A program made the position numbers and the translations under genes. Positions 12,001 through 27,000 of a stretch of DNA of 64,000 bases are shown here, in pieces. Below the pieces are notes generated by a model. It made no database searches, had not been told where the DNA came from, and was given only the letters and a program-made list of their open reading frames with translations. The stretch comes from Candidatus Omnitrophota bacterium. GTDB lineage: Bacteria > Omnitrophota > Gorgyraeia > JAHJTE01. Within the stretch, counting starts at the first letter, position 1. Each line of letters begins with the position of its first letter. The stretch spans positions 6,736 through 70,735 of the forward strand of contig JBFMEB010000008.1 in assembly GCA_040753675.1 (NCBI GenBank), in the 5' to 3' direction.

Positions 12001-15000
12001 AGAAAGCGGGGAGTTTAGTGGAGAGAATATGGATAGGTTTATCGAGCATTTAAATAACAGAGCCCAAACATTAAATCGCCGACTTATTGAAGAGATAGTT
12101 CGTCCTTTTGAGGAAACCAGTCAATATGTAGATAATTTTGCAGATGCCTATGTGTATTGGCTCTACAGAGCAGTTCAGGACAGAAGAGAAGAATTGTTAA
12201 GAAAACAAAAATGGTTAATTCCGGGTAGTTGGCAGAGGTTGGCATTTGATAGTGAGCATAACGCATTTGCTCACCTTGCTGCTATTTACGGTTTTGACCA
12301 AAAGATCGACTCTATCTTTGCTGATATGAAATTCTTTTTCCCGAGCTTAATGATTTTTGATATTAAGCCAAGCAAAAGAGGAGGAAAGGTTTTACGCTTC
12401 ACTCCCCTCAGTTCTCTTATGGCTATTACTAAAATCTTTGGCAATGCGTTTCCAGGAGCCTTGCAATTACCCGCGTCATTCTCAAAGCGCAAAGATACTG
12501 CCATCGCCGGAGATAATAAAAATAGAGAAGCTGCCTTAGATATTTCAATGGCAAATGATGGGCTGATTTTTGAGATACCACAGGCGAAGAATGATGAGCT
12601 TTCAAGCCTTCCTTATGAATATGTTATTGTTCCATTAGTTGTTTCAAAGGAAAAAATTCCAGAGCCGCTTAAAGAGCTTATTGCTCAAACCAAGGGAACT
12701 GAAAAAGAGATTTCCCAAGCGGTGGTGAAATATCTGACTGAACAATTTAGCGCCACATCCATTAGCGTCCTTTCTAAACAAGTGCGGTCGCATAAGATTG
12801 CGGATGAAAAAGACTCAGAGGGGAAACCGCTAGGTCCAATTATCTTAGATGCATTATCTGCTATTGCAGTTATAAGCAGTAGCGGCGACCTTTTAATCCA
12901 GACACACTTCTGGATTAATTATAAATATATGGCATTTATTAATGAATGGAATGGAGAAATCGCTGAAGGTTTAGCTAAGTGTGAAGTTAGTCTTAGCGAT
13001 GAGTGGTATAAAGAAATTGACTTAAGCAAGCCGTTAGAATCATTAGCGCGTTACGGATTTATGTTCTTTAAGGAATTTAGCGAAGGTAATTATGGTCGAG
13101 CAAATCTTTTAGCCAGTCTCATTGATTCTATCAATAGAGATATTGAAAAACTTATCAACCCGGAAGGGATTATCTACGACGAACAATTGGGCGTGTTTAT
13201 TTCATCAAAGGATAGCGATGCTAAAATCCCTGGCTTTGGAAAGCATTTAGAGAAATTTTTAGGTAGTCTTAATAGCGTCCAGCAATTAGCTCAACTCTTG
13301 TATCTGTTGGCTACACCTAACTACGACAGAGAGCAAAACTCACCCATAGCGGTTAATAATCAACAATTACAAAATGGCCTTGTTGAGTTCTTTTGTCGCC
13401 TAAGTCGGCATTTAGACACATTAGCTATAGGGCACTTTGGTGATTTTGCTATGTTTGAGCCATTAAGGATAGAACTCGGTAGAATAATTACTCAATTCAA
13501 TAGAGTGGTTAGAGAACCGGACGCTATGGAGATTAATGGCACTGATTTTGATAGCTTAATTACCTTCCTTGAAGATAAAGGTGCCTACGTCTCAAATTAT
13601 GACGCTGAAAATCTTAGAAGCTTGTATCAAGCTTATGCTTTAGAGAACGGCTATTGGGCTTATGATATCTTGCAATTATCTGAAGTTTTGGGAATTGAGA
13701 GTTTTGTTAAGGCATTTAGGTTCTTGAAAGTTGAATCTGCGAGAGCAGTAAAGCCATCAGAGAGGCCTAATGAAATTTTTGATGGCACAGGCCGCATTGG
13801 ACGTTTAGGTTTGGCTTTAAGACTTGCCAATGATGTGAAAGCCCAAGAGGCAGATTACTCCGGCCGCTACGCAGTTAGAACGCGCGCTCTCAAAGGAAGC
13901 AATGCTGATGAAAAATTCCTGACCGCCCTTGAAAGCGTAAAAGATATGTTTGCTGACAGCGTCATTGAGGCATCTGGCTTAAAATTGCGCGGCAGGACTT
14001 TAGCAGAGTTGATTAAGGACAATCAATTAGTCTTTAAACCAGCCGACAGAGTTTTTGTTGCCAGGCAGGATTTTGTGAATAGAACCCCGGTTGAAAGTGT
14101 CTATCCAATTTATATTGAACTCGACGCTAAAAGAATAGGGGTCATCTATGCTATTGATGTAACTCAGTTTACCGAAGGCCTTAAAGCCAGTGGTGTTATA
14201 GAAGATAATTATCCCCGACCCTTTATCGTCGAAGTCGATGGTGAAGACATTTATTTTGGAATGCTCACTGATGCTACGCCGGGTGGTGTGCAGATGGGCG
14301 ATGGCACAATTGAACTAGCTGGTAAAGCCAAATTAGAAAGGCCGACTGTCTGGGAAATGATTGCCACAACCAAATTAACTGAAAGTGCTTCAGAAGAATT
14401 AGGCGCTGCTAAAGAAGAGTTAGAGCGACTACGTGAAATCTTGCGTCAAGTTGAGACTGCAAGATTCGGGGCCTGGCATCAGCGCTTCATTTATCTTAAA
14501 GCCCAGATTACCGGAAAACTCTTGTTGCCTTTAAGCGGCGGCATTCATTTTATGGGTAGATACTTGCATAAATTGCCTAAGGCAAAAGAACAGGGTCCTT
14601 ATTATGCAACGCCAACCTCTTGCTCTACCAACGGCGCCTCTTACTTTAGTCTTATGCTTTCAACGCTCTTTGGTTTTGGCCGTATGAGAGCAGCGCTCTT
14701 AGGGACAACATTCCATATGTATACATCTGACGGGAAAAAAGGCCCGTTCGGACACTTATTCCCTAAATCCACTGGCGCGGCAAACGGTGTTAAGCAGCAC
14801 CTGGATATTACAGCTATGTTTACAGCTCTTCGCACCCCGGTTGCTTTGACAGGCGGTGAGGTAGATGTTGTAGGCGGTTCAGTCTTTGATTTTGTGTTCC
14901 AAACTCCTTATCCAGTCCCCAAAGAAGTGATTATAGGTTTCTTGCAACGCGTTGGCCTTGAGTATCCCGAGGTTTTGAAGGTCTTTGAAAAAGAAGATGC

Positions 15001-18000
15001 CAAAGATGGTCGTTATCTTTGGAAGGATACAATAGGGGGCAAAAGAACCGGCTCTATACTTTATGCTAATATGCTGGCGCAAATTACCGATAATACCTTC
15101 CGGGTTCCTGTTGGTTACGACAATGAAATGAGTTTTTCTTTCAAGATGAATGAGTTCGCAGAAAGCTTATTCTTGTCTTTGAAGAGACAGGAGGACAAGA
15201 GAAAAAGGCAAGAAGCATATCCTCTTCATTTTATTACGGCCAAGGCGATGGTTAGGGCAGCTGATGAATACCTGGCAGAGCCGATGATTGAAGCCCAGTT
15301 CAGGCGCTTAGGTTTGATACTCGAACATTTTGCCGAAGAATATTTAAAGAGATATTATCCTAATGGCTCTGATCTTCCTATTTCGGAAGAGTTAAAGATT
15401 GCTTCTCATATTTCCGGCAGAATGAAATGGGAAATTAACAACGGCGAAGAAACCTTTAAGCGAATCCTAAAGAATCTTGGCTATACTTTTGAAGATATTG
15501 ATTTTGCCTTGGAGCAGATTAAGCTTCACGAATCTTACTCAAGCGAAGATGAGGCAATATTAGCGCAGGCAGAGTCTCTGCGCAGTGGAATATATGAAGA
15601 GCCGGGTTATTCTGGCAGCCCGGTCTGGTTTGAAAAAGTGCAATGGGTAAATTTGGGCTTCGATGAATATAAACAAGGCCTTTTGGAGGTTGGGAGGGCT
15701 TTAAGCTCAGGCGAATTTGATAAAAATTCTACTGTTTATAGATTATGGCAACGCCGGGATTGGGATTTTTCAGATGAAGGCATAGAGCCATATAGAGCAG
15801 TAGTCGAAGAATTTAATAAATTTGTTAACCAGCCGCTAAGCCGCGAACAGGGGCCAAGGCAATTGAGGGATTTTATTATACGGCTGCATATCTTATTAGG
15901 CCAGGCAGACAAAACTTTTAGCGCTCCCGGCAGGATGCTGCCCCGAAGAGATAAATGGAGAAGAAGGCATGTGGCTTTCGAGCGCCTGCTCTTCTATATG
16001 TTTACGCCTAAATTCCAGGAGCAATTGCGCAAAGACCCGTTTGAGGCAGCCAGTTATGTATTTATTGGCTTATGGAGTGAGCCGGTATTCTCAGACGGCC
16101 AACTGCGTATCGCATATTTTATTATGAATTATGTTTTAATCAAAGCCGGGTTTAAACCTTTTATAATTACTAAAGATAATATTGGAAAATATACAGATGC
16201 ATTCATACTTTATTCCAGCGCTCATTATAAAAGTATGGCTAAAAATATATTAGAAAATTTACTTAGCGGACAACCTCGGGCTCATTTATGGTTTACCTCA
16301 TCCTTACCGGATTATGTGAGCTTAGAGCCTGAGCGAGAGCCCCGGTTTAAGAGAGAAGAAGTTAGGGAGGGTGTTTTGGATGGCGAATGGCTTGAGTCAG
16401 TAGAAGCACTTCCAAAAGACCTGACTGTTTCGGAATTATCCATATTATTAGAACATCCTTTTGATGATTTCTGCGACTTTGCGATTGATGAATTAGAAAG
16501 CATAGGCGACAGAAGGGCAATAGTTCCTCTTTATGACAGAGTTAAGCAACTTCAGGATGAGGCGGCAGGCATGGATAGATATGGTAAACAAATTGTATTT
16601 GGAAGGCACGGGAGTTCTTTTGTAGGCGCTTCCTGGGATGAGATTGAGGAAAATCTCGAATGGCGTAATATTATGTCAGAGATTGGAAGAATTCTTTATT
16701 GTATCGATGCCATAAGAAACAGGGAGGCAAAGAGATTCGCGCGTTACTATTATCCAACTGCAGGATTAGGCAAATTATATCGCGAAAGAATTGTAGATAT
16801 TATTGAAAATGGCAGGATGAGGGAAGAATTATTTGAAGGAAACGTGGGAGAATTCATCAAACTCATCCGTGCTTATGATAAAAAGCATGGAACAAATCTT
16901 TCCCAGCAGGTTGTGTTTGCAGGCGGCTCGGTAAGAGACCCTATATTTGGAAGATTTAGCAATGATATTGACTTTAGCGTGGCTTTACCTGGTTTGAGTA
17001 ACGGAGATTTTTATGCCAATACCATTGCTCAAGTCTCTGATGTGGATATGGAAAGATGCCTTAAGATACTCATAACTGTTGCAGAGATTATCGGGGTTGA
17101 GCCCGAATCTTTGGTAAACGGAAAGGCAAAATTTCAAGGTGAGGAAATAGATTATTGCGGCCCGATAAGGCAAAGGTTGTCAGACGGCCGGGTGATTAAT
17201 AAAAGAAGGATTTTGGTTGATATAGATAGGAATACAATTTATACCGATTGCACTATGGCGCTTAATAGAATTGCTATGGATATGGACGGCAAGATGTACG
17301 GAAGCTTATTCGGCCTTTTTGATTTCTTAAGAGGTAAAATTCATTTTGGCGGGGATTACAAGGATATTACCTTGAATAATGTAGTCAGGGCTTTGAGGAC
17401 CTCATTTGGTACTGATACGCAAATCTCCAGGTTTGACCAGGATAGGATGAGAGAAGTAATAGAAAAATATAGAAGCGGAGAATATCCTTTGGTTACCGTA
17501 GACGTAGAAGTTATCCAGCGCCAGATTGATAGGATGGAAAGGGGAGAAAAGACTCCCGGTTCAGCTGTAAAATTATTAGAAAGATGGGGCATAATAGAAT
17601 TATTGGTTGAAGCCAAAAAGGCAATTGAGGTAACTGCGCCAGAACAAATTTTACATACAGAAGGCGTGTTTGTTTCTAAGGCCGAGCAGCCAAAAAAAGA
17701 GCCGACTATCTCTCTCACAGATGCGCCAGCTATGGGCGTTAGGCCAGATAGGGCAGGGCTTTCTGAAGAAGAAAGAGAAATGTTAAGGAAAATGTCCGAA
17801 GCTGAACGACTTGCTCATCTTAGGGATAACACAACTACCTTGCTTAGTATAATTCTGCTGGCTTTATTATTTTTTAGCGGCAAGGAAGCGGTATCTTTAA
17901 TGGCTATGTCATTTATGATGATGGCTACAGTAGCCGAAGTCAAAGGCAATAAAGGCATTGAGGAAACCTTAAGGAGATTTTACACAGCTAAGAAGGCACT

Positions 18001-21000
18001 GATTAATACTTATCGACAGGCTGATAAGGATGGCTACAGTATAGCTTACCGAGAAATAGTGCAAACTTCTAAAGAGGCAAAAGCAAGAATTAAGAGCGCA
18101 AAAGATTTAGAGACAATAGTTGACAGGTTAAAGCAGGCAGGTGAATTTGATGAATTTTTAATCGGCGAGGCAGAAGAGATTTTGGTTATGGCAGGTCTGG
18201 AGTTATCAAATGAGCACCGCGCCAGGATCAAGAAAGCTTCTAATAGAATTGCCGGTTCATTAATTGACGATGGGGCCCAGGCAGAAGATTTTTCTAAAAA
18301 GCTTATTGAAGCAACTGCGCCTATGTCTTTTGAAAATATCATTGAGCAAGAGCCAGAAGAATTTAACCAGCAAGGATATCAAGATTTGATTTTTACTCTT
18401 TCTAATCTTTCAAGGATAAAAGAGGCGGGAGCGATTGGCGTAACTACCCGGACCTCCAAGCAAACGCTTATCTGCATGTATCCTCTGGCAGATTTGCCTG
18501 AGTTTGAGCGGACATTTATTCATGAGGGCGTGCATTTTGCTACTCATTTAGGCATAATTCCGACTTCATTTAGCGATGAGGTAATCGCAGAGGCAGTTTA
18601 TAATAGTCTAATTTTCGAAGAAGAAGGCGAACTTGGCTTAAAAAAGAGAGACGAGATATTCCTTAGGGCGTTTGAATTAGGCAAGACTCTGGCGAAGAAA
18701 GGTAATTTGGTTTTAAGTTATGAGCAACTTTGTCAGTTGGCTCTGCATATGGATGAAGCCATTCGCAATATTTCTCTTGATGCTGTTGAGCGTATTGCCG
18801 GAGCTATTCTTGCCGGCCAAGCAGAATTTAGAAAGGAAAAAGAAGGAATTCCGGTGGTTAAGCATATCTTAGCTTATGCGAGAGAGGTATTCTCATATTC
18901 TAAGCCACGAGATTTAACTAAAGAAGAGCAGGAGAGACTTTCCACCTTAATGGCTACTATGCAGGATGTTGCTCAGGTAGCAACAAGAAAACCGGACTTA
19001 AGGCTTAAACCTTGGCTGCCTGAATCAGATATTGACACTCCGGCTTGGCGCTATAGTCAGAAAGATGTAATTGAATATGTGCCTTTAGATTTATTGCGCT
19101 TAAGCGAGGATGCGGCTAAAGGACTTTTATTCCAGGAGATATTCAGAGTGCTGTTTTCTAATGAGGGAATAATTGATGAAGATTTGAATAAGAATAGTTT
19201 ATTTAAACTTCTTTTTCGAGCCTTAAATACGCCACGACTTGTAAGAAGAGGGGTAGCTAAAGATGCCTATCCCGGTGCTTTAGCGTGGCTTAAAAAGCTT
19301 TATGAAAGTCTTTACGATATTAAAGATAAAATATTTGCGCAATACTTGATTTCTCAGCTTCCCCTACATCTACAGTTTATAGAGGGAGCTTTATATGAAG
19401 CAAGGATGGATAAGCTAGATAAAAGAATTAAAAATGAACGGGTGCTTGAGCTGTTAGATAAAACCAAAGATAGCCGTAAGAGAGCAATTGAAGCAAAGAA
19501 AGACGCAGATTTTTATAAAATTGTAAAAGAGGAAATTTGGCCTGCACTTGAAGAATTAGTTTCGCAAGATTTAAGCCAGTTACTGGCAAGGGACATGGCA
19601 AATAAAGGTAAGGTGAGTTTACCGCAAGACCAGCAGGATAGAGCTCGCCAAGGCCAGCCGGTTGATTTATTCCAACTTAGCCCAGAAGAGCAAGAGGATA
19701 TTCGCCAAGAGGTAGAGAAGGCTGAAGATGAAATAAGCAGAGAATATCAAGATATTTTAGAGCAAGAATTAGCGAAAAATAGCGAAGCTGGGCAGGCTCA
19801 AGTAACTGACAAAGGTTTTGGTTCAGGTTCTAAAGAGAATGAAACTGAAGCCTCAGATGTCAGGCAGGCGAGCCAGGATGTTCAGGACCGGCAGGATGGC
19901 AAACAATTATCCGAGCTGTCAGGGCAGCTTAGTCAGATAGCTGGAGATATTCAGGAAAACGCAAAAGAGATAGGAAGTCAGGCTGCGGCTATGAATGAAA
20001 AGGCAAGCCAGGTAAGGACCCGGGCCGGCGCAACCACTGATATGAATAATTTAGCTAATGAATTAGAAAATTTAGCTAATCAGATTTCGGGCCAGCAAGA
20101 GAAGCTTTCTCAGGAAACTAACGAGTTTTCTCAAGGCGCATCTAATTTAGATGAATTAAAAGATAAGATAACCAAAAGAAAAGAAGAAGCTGATTTAAGC
20201 GATTTAGACAGAGAAGTAGATAATTTAAAAGATAAGGCAGGCGATATTGATAACCAGGCAGCTGAAATCGAAAAACTGGCTAAACAATTAGAAGAGAAAG
20301 CCCAAAGCTTGTCTGAGGCAATTAAAACTAAGCCGGATGACGCTCAAAGCCTGCGTAGTCAATCAAACACAGTTGACCAGGATACTAATAATATAGGTAA
20401 GAGAGCAGAGCAAATAGATAAGGACTTAGATAAGGTAAATGAAATACTCGATAAATTATCAGGTATCGCCAAGAAAATTTCAGGTAAGAGCAAGGATAAA
20501 ACTGGCAAACCCGAAGCCCAAATTGACAAAGAGGCCCAGGAAAGAGAGAGAAAAGCTGAGGCAGAATCAGCTGATTTTGCGAAAAGTTTATTAGCAACCG
20601 CTCTTCAGCGGCTGTCTCAAATGAGAAGTTCGTCATCAGAAAAGGGCTACGCAAAAGGAAGCGGGCAAAGACTGAATAACAAAGGAAAAGAAGATAAAGT
20701 CACTCAAGCAGACCTTCAATTTTATCGCAAATTTATCAAACCTATCCGGCCAATGGTTCAAGCAACCGCAAAGACAATCGAACGATTATTAAAGGAGATG
20801 GAAAGAACCGGACCGCTTCATACAAAATCAGGAAAACTTGTAAAAAGAAGCTTGCCCTTGACTCCTGCGGGAAGGATTCGTTTCTTTAAGCCCTTATTGC
20901 CGGAAGGAGTAAGGGGAAGGGTATGCCTGGTAATTGATACCAGCGGCTCAATGGGTGCGGCAGAAGAGGGAAGTGACTTGTGGAATGTAGCATTAAGTAC

Positions 21001-24000
21001 GGCCTTGGTTTTAGAACTTAGCTCAACAAACAGATTAAGAGATAAATTTGATGTGATGGTAGTAATTTATGCTGACACGCATAAGGTCATACGCTATTTT
21101 GGCTCTAGGATTTTAGAAAGAGACAAGGCAAGGGTAGTGCGGGATATCTTTTCCGGTATGGTTGGCAGTTTGACAACTGACTATCCAGCATACCAGACTA
21201 CATTTAAGGAAATAGAAAAGGACAGAAAAACCCATCCCGGCGAAACCATATTTACTCTGATTTTTGGCATGACTGATTCTTATATAGACCAAAGCGAAGG
21301 CAGGAAACTTCAGAAATTATTTGATGAGAAGACAAGACAAGGAAAAAATCCAGATTTAGAAATAGCGGTTTTTGGTTATGGTGATAGCGGTAAAGCAGGA
21401 GTCAAACACATTTATGGTAAATACGGTATTGTAGTGCTAGACACAAGTGATTTACCAAAGGCATTGAATGATTTAGCCCTGAAAGGTTTCACCCGGCGCT
21501 CAAGCCAGGTCAAGAATCATCAAAGAAGGCACTTTATTGTAGGTAAATCTGGAATTTTGGCATTGTCTTTATTGATATTGGTTTGCGGCTTCAATATCTT
21601 CTTTGGCGCAAATTTATCAGAATTTATGGGCAACTTAGCTTTTATCTTTGCTTTAACTGTAACCCAAAAGAAAAACCCTATCTTTTATTACCAGAATCGC
21701 AAGGTTAAAAAGATTAGGAAGAATACTAAAGGTATATTTGAAGAAACCAATGAATTAGAAGAGCGGGAATATTTGATTATCGGCAGTTCTTCTTTGAAGT
21801 GCGGCAAAGGCGGGGCACGCACGCCTCATTTTGAAGTGTTAAAAGATGATTTGCTTCTGATTAGTATGGACCATCCCAAAAATCCTGCTAAACAGATTTC
21901 CTTCAAGGCGAAACTTACTCCTCAGGTTTTAAGATACTTAGAGGATATGATGATGTGGCTTTCCAGCCCTACTGCAGCAGGCAATAATATTGCCTTAATC
22001 GGCCCGGCAGGAACCGGCAAAAACTTACTCTCATACGTCTTAGCTGCCTTGTCTAAGCGCAATATTTACCAGATGAGTTTTCACGCTGATATGAGCGAGG
22101 ATGATTTATTATTTAGAACTACTTTAGGCCAGGAAGGGAAAATTGATGAAGACTGGATGATTGATGCTGAAGTTTCAGACAAACCAACTAAAGAATCATT
22201 GGCTGATTTTATGAAACTGGTTAAGGGCTGGAGAAAGGCATTAAGTACAGGCAAGCAGGTTTCAGAAATCCTTCTGGCAGCAGAAGACCCGGAAGGAGGC
22301 ATTGCCATTGCCGATGAATATAATAAGCCGCGCAATATTCAAGTCCTGTCAAGTCTAAACACCGGCTTACAAGGCAGGTTTTTCAGGGTTGAAAACGGCT
22401 GGACAGTATTTGCCCATCCGGAATTTAAGTTTATCGCCCTGGCAAATCCTTCTGCAGAGATGGAAGGAGGCGGAACTTACGTGACGGAGAGTTTGCCTGC
22501 CGATGTCTGGGGCCGTTTAATCCAGATTAATGTTGGCTACTTACCTCCTGAAGAAGAGGCAGAGCTTTTACGCGAAGCAGCCCCGGACTTGCTTAAAAAT
22601 ATAAAACAGATTGACCCTGAATTCAAAGAAGACCTTTATCTTGCCTTAGCCAATCTTGCCCAGGAATTGCGCGAGGCTCGCCGGCAGGGAAAGCTGCCCA
22701 TTGATTTTACCTATCGATCTTTAAAAAGGATTGCGCGGCATTTAGAAATGTTTCCCGCTGACATCGCTTACTTTATGGATGTGTTTAACTCAAGTTACAA
22801 TGTATCCTATTTAAATCCTGATGTATATAATGAAGTTAAAATGCTTATCCAGGCAAAATTAGGAAAAGGATTTACTTACAGCATGGAAGATGATGAAAAC
22901 CTGAAATTGCCAAAATGGCGCGTAACTAAAAATAATGAATTTGCCATCGGTGATATCAAAATAAAAAGAGGCAATAATAATTATCCCGGAATAAGGCCTA
23001 AGAGAGTAGTCGCTTCCCAGATTAATATTCGCTATAAACTGATGCTGTTAAAGAAGCTGCTTTTAGGTGAAAATGTCTTGGTTTATGGCCCGACCGGAAG
23101 CGCCAAGACCACAATTATACTTGACTTTTTAATAAATGATTTAGGATTTGAGATTCAGTCGCAGCAGGCTACTTATCATACTGATAGCGAATCCCTTTTG
23201 GCAGAGATGACGCTTAAAGATATGAGAGTGCATTGGCAATTACAGCCGGTAGTTGAGGCCTTGGATAAAGGTATTCCTGCTTTTGTAGACGAGATGGATA
23301 AGCCCAAGAATCAGGCAGTGTTCAGCGGCTTAAATAATATCCTGGAATTTGGTTGGGTGTCTCTGCCGGACGGTATTCATTATCGAGAGGACGGCTTCTT
23401 CTTTATCGGCGCGGCAAATCCTCCTTCTTTGGTGCGGCCGGAATATGGAGGAAGCGAACTCTCCGGAGAAGTTTTCGACCGCTTTAGCGTTCTTTACTTT
23501 TATTATCTTTCTCCTGAAGAAGAAGTAGAGCGTATGCACTTTGAATATCCAGAAATTGATAAAGTTTTGAAAGATTTAGACGCGCCTGACTTGTTAAAAA
23601 GATTAACTAAGGCAATTGGAAAATTGCGCCAAGCTAATGAACAGGAAGGCATACCCAGCCAGCCACCGGCGAGAACCTTAGAGCGGTTGGTTGACTTGCT
23701 TGTGCGTCAACCTGAGCAGGCAGATTCCCTTATTGAACGATTCCTGCAGAGTTTTGCTGGCTTAACTGAGCAAGATAAGGCAAAGACAATAGAAGTGCTT
23801 CAAGAGGAGAATACCGAGCCAGAGAAAAATATTGACTTGGATAGCATATTCTTGCCGCTAAAAATAGAAAAAGCTGCTATTGAAAGAGCAATTCCACAAG
23901 ATGAAGATGAATCTTTCCTGGATAATCTGCTTTCTATAGCGGGCGAATGGCGCGAATATTTTTCTAAAGGCAAATTAAAAGTTCGCATTACCCATCAGAC

Positions 24001-27000
24001 TTTAATTGACTTTTTGCGCCGCATAAAAGTTCTTAAGGATAGTGGCCGCGGAAGTTTAGAGAATATCATTGATGATATGTTCCCCGAGCTTGATGAAAAG
24101 CAAGCTAAATTACTTAAAGACCCCTTGAAAAAACTATTCCGCCTTGAAATTAAATCAGGCGATGAGCGCGTTAATAAGGCAATAAGAACTTTTCAGTCTG
24201 CAGCAGATGATGCTGTGCGGTTAAGTGTCTTACAATCATTGCAATCATACCTTGCGCCTTTGGCAAAATCTAAGAAAGGATTTGGCAATTTGATTGAAGT
24301 ATTAGAAATAGAATTGGGTTTTGGATACAGTAATAAAGTCCAAGAGGCTATTAAGGCGATAATTGATGTGCTGAAAGGCGAAACTACAAAGCCGTGTTCT
24401 CCGCCTCGCAAAGTCTCCTCCATCCTCGGCCGCAAAGGCCTTGTCTCTGAGAGCCTGCCTTTACCCCAAAAAGAAGTCCCTGGCTCTGACTTAGCAGAGA
24501 GCTTAAAGCTTCTCAAAGCTTATTCAAAAGAGCTTTATAACCTGTATAGCTCTAAAGTAACAAAGGTCTTCTATAGCCAAGATTTACCCTCTTATAGCCT
24601 AACCCAGAAACTCCCTGACGAAGCTATATTAATTCATTTCGATGAATTACTGAAAACCCTGCCCAAATCAAGGCCAAAAGACTCACTATTATATCTCCTC
24701 CTCGTAGAAGAAACCTCCCACTTACTCCTACCTTTTGAAACAGATAACCTCACTATAGAACTTGCCACCTTCCTTAATATGGCAAGAGCATACTTAGGCC
24801 TCTCAGACTCTGACAGAGAAGGTCTAAAAAGCTTTTCCAGAGATATAAAGCCTCAAGAACAAAACACTAACCGCCTAATAACCATTGAGACTTTAGAATT
24901 CCTGGATTCATTTAAAGAAATAGACTTAACTAACCCAGATATATTGAAGAAGATAGCAGGCTTTCTAACACAGGGAATAACTGAATACCAAGACCAGAAA
25001 TTAGATACAGAACAACTACGTCCTTATCTAACTATCTTAGGATTACTAAAATCCATAGAGAAGTTAGAGAGCGAATTGAATCTGCTTAGACAAAAGCGGG
25101 ACAACATTAACAGGCAGATTGGCCAACTCAGAGGAAGGAACACAAACAAGCCACAGGAAATAACAGTTACAGGAGTTGAACGTATCCTTTCAGTGGGAGA
25201 TACTATCCCAGGCATTGGGGGGAGAGTAGTTAGTATGTGTAGCCCGACTATTTCAGGTAACAAGGCTGCTGTTTGGTTGAAGATTAGCAGTGGTGAAAAT
25301 GAAACTGATAAATATGAAATTGAGAAAAATTCAACAACATATCTTATATACATAACTAGGGAAAAGGAAGATAAATATACCTTTGAGATAGTTGCTTCCT
25401 TTGGGCCCGGCTATAGAAAACATCCAATTCCCAATATTTCAGAAGGACAAATAGATAAGCTTGGTGATATTGGGCTCTCAGGAGGAAATATAGTGGCCGC
25501 GCTAGAGATGTGGTACGGTGGAATTAACCCAAATGAAAAACACCTTTTATTCTATGAACGGGATAATAATGCTAATTCTTGGAAAGTAGAGAAGGTATTA
25601 TCAGCAAGTCAGTTAGGACATGTTTTGGCCGGAGTCAAAAAGCCAATTAGCGACTTAGTTGGTTTCAGTGTGTCAGAAAGCCAAATTGTAGCTCATGTTA
25701 GTATTTGGGATAGTGGATACAATATTATACGAATTAAACGCAACAATAGAGGGAAATGGATAGGAAGGGTGATAATAGCTTCAGGAGAAATTATACCTGG
25801 AATCAAAAACCCAATTTACTCACACATTCCCAGTATATCTGAGGATGAAGTAGTTACCTTATGGGTAGACGATAGCGATAAAAAGCAGCTTCTTATAGAG
25901 TGTAGAGAAGATAGTTCTGGTAAGTGGCGCAAGAAGGTAATCCATTCAGGCAGAGATGGCATTTTTGGAATTAAAGAAAAAGTTAGTAGCTTGTATAGCG
26001 TTTCAAGCACAGTGGATACTATTGTTATACAACTTGAGGGAGAAGGAGAATATTCAGGTAGTTGCAATGCAGCACTAATTACTAAGTATATGCAAGGAAA
26101 CTTAAAAGCAGTAAAGATAGGCTTAAGAGGCAGAACAATCCCTGGAATTGCAGGCAAAATTAGAGGCTTTAACTTTCCTGATATCTCGGAAGATAGAATA
26201 ATAACCTTGGCAAGGGTAGATGATACAAACCATCTTATAACTGCCAATATTTATCCGAATAAAGATGAATTACAAGCAGAACTTGTAGATGTAAATAGGC
26301 AGATTAGTGTGTTAGAAGAACAGAGAAGGCATATAGGTAGAGATGAAATTTTTGTCTCCTCCAACCTCTGCCGCACACCATCTGACGTTCCTCACCTGCC
26401 AATACCAAAGGAAGCTGTCCCTGCCCAAGACCTAAGCGAAGCCCTGAAATTACTCAAAGGTTTTTCAGGAGAGCTTGCTAAGCTCTACGAGCAGAGAATC
26501 ACTAACCGCTTCTATGCTGAAGATATGCCTTCATATTCTTTGCTTCAGCCAATAGATGATGAGAATATCAATATCTTATTTGATGAACTTCTTAGTAACG
26601 CAGATATTCGCGAATCAAACGCAGATAAACGCAAATCTCTTGAAAGAGGAAGAGACTTATTACTATACCTCCTCCTCGTAGAAGAAACCTCCCACTTACT
26701 CCTACCTTTTGAAACAGATAACCTCACTATAGAACTTGCCACCTTCTTAAATATGGCTAAGGCCTACTTAAAGCTCTCAAAAGAAGACAAGAAAACCCTC
26801 AAATCCTTTGCTAAGAGGCATAAACAACAACAAAAACTCTTAACCTACTTGGAATTCATAGATAAATTCACAGAAGAAGACCTGATTAATCCTGATACCT
26901 GGCAGAAAATGTCTGACTTAATTAAGAAAACTATCCCTGGGTTTAAAGACCAAACATTAGACGAAGAAAAGATTAAAACTTACCTAATTATATTAGGACT

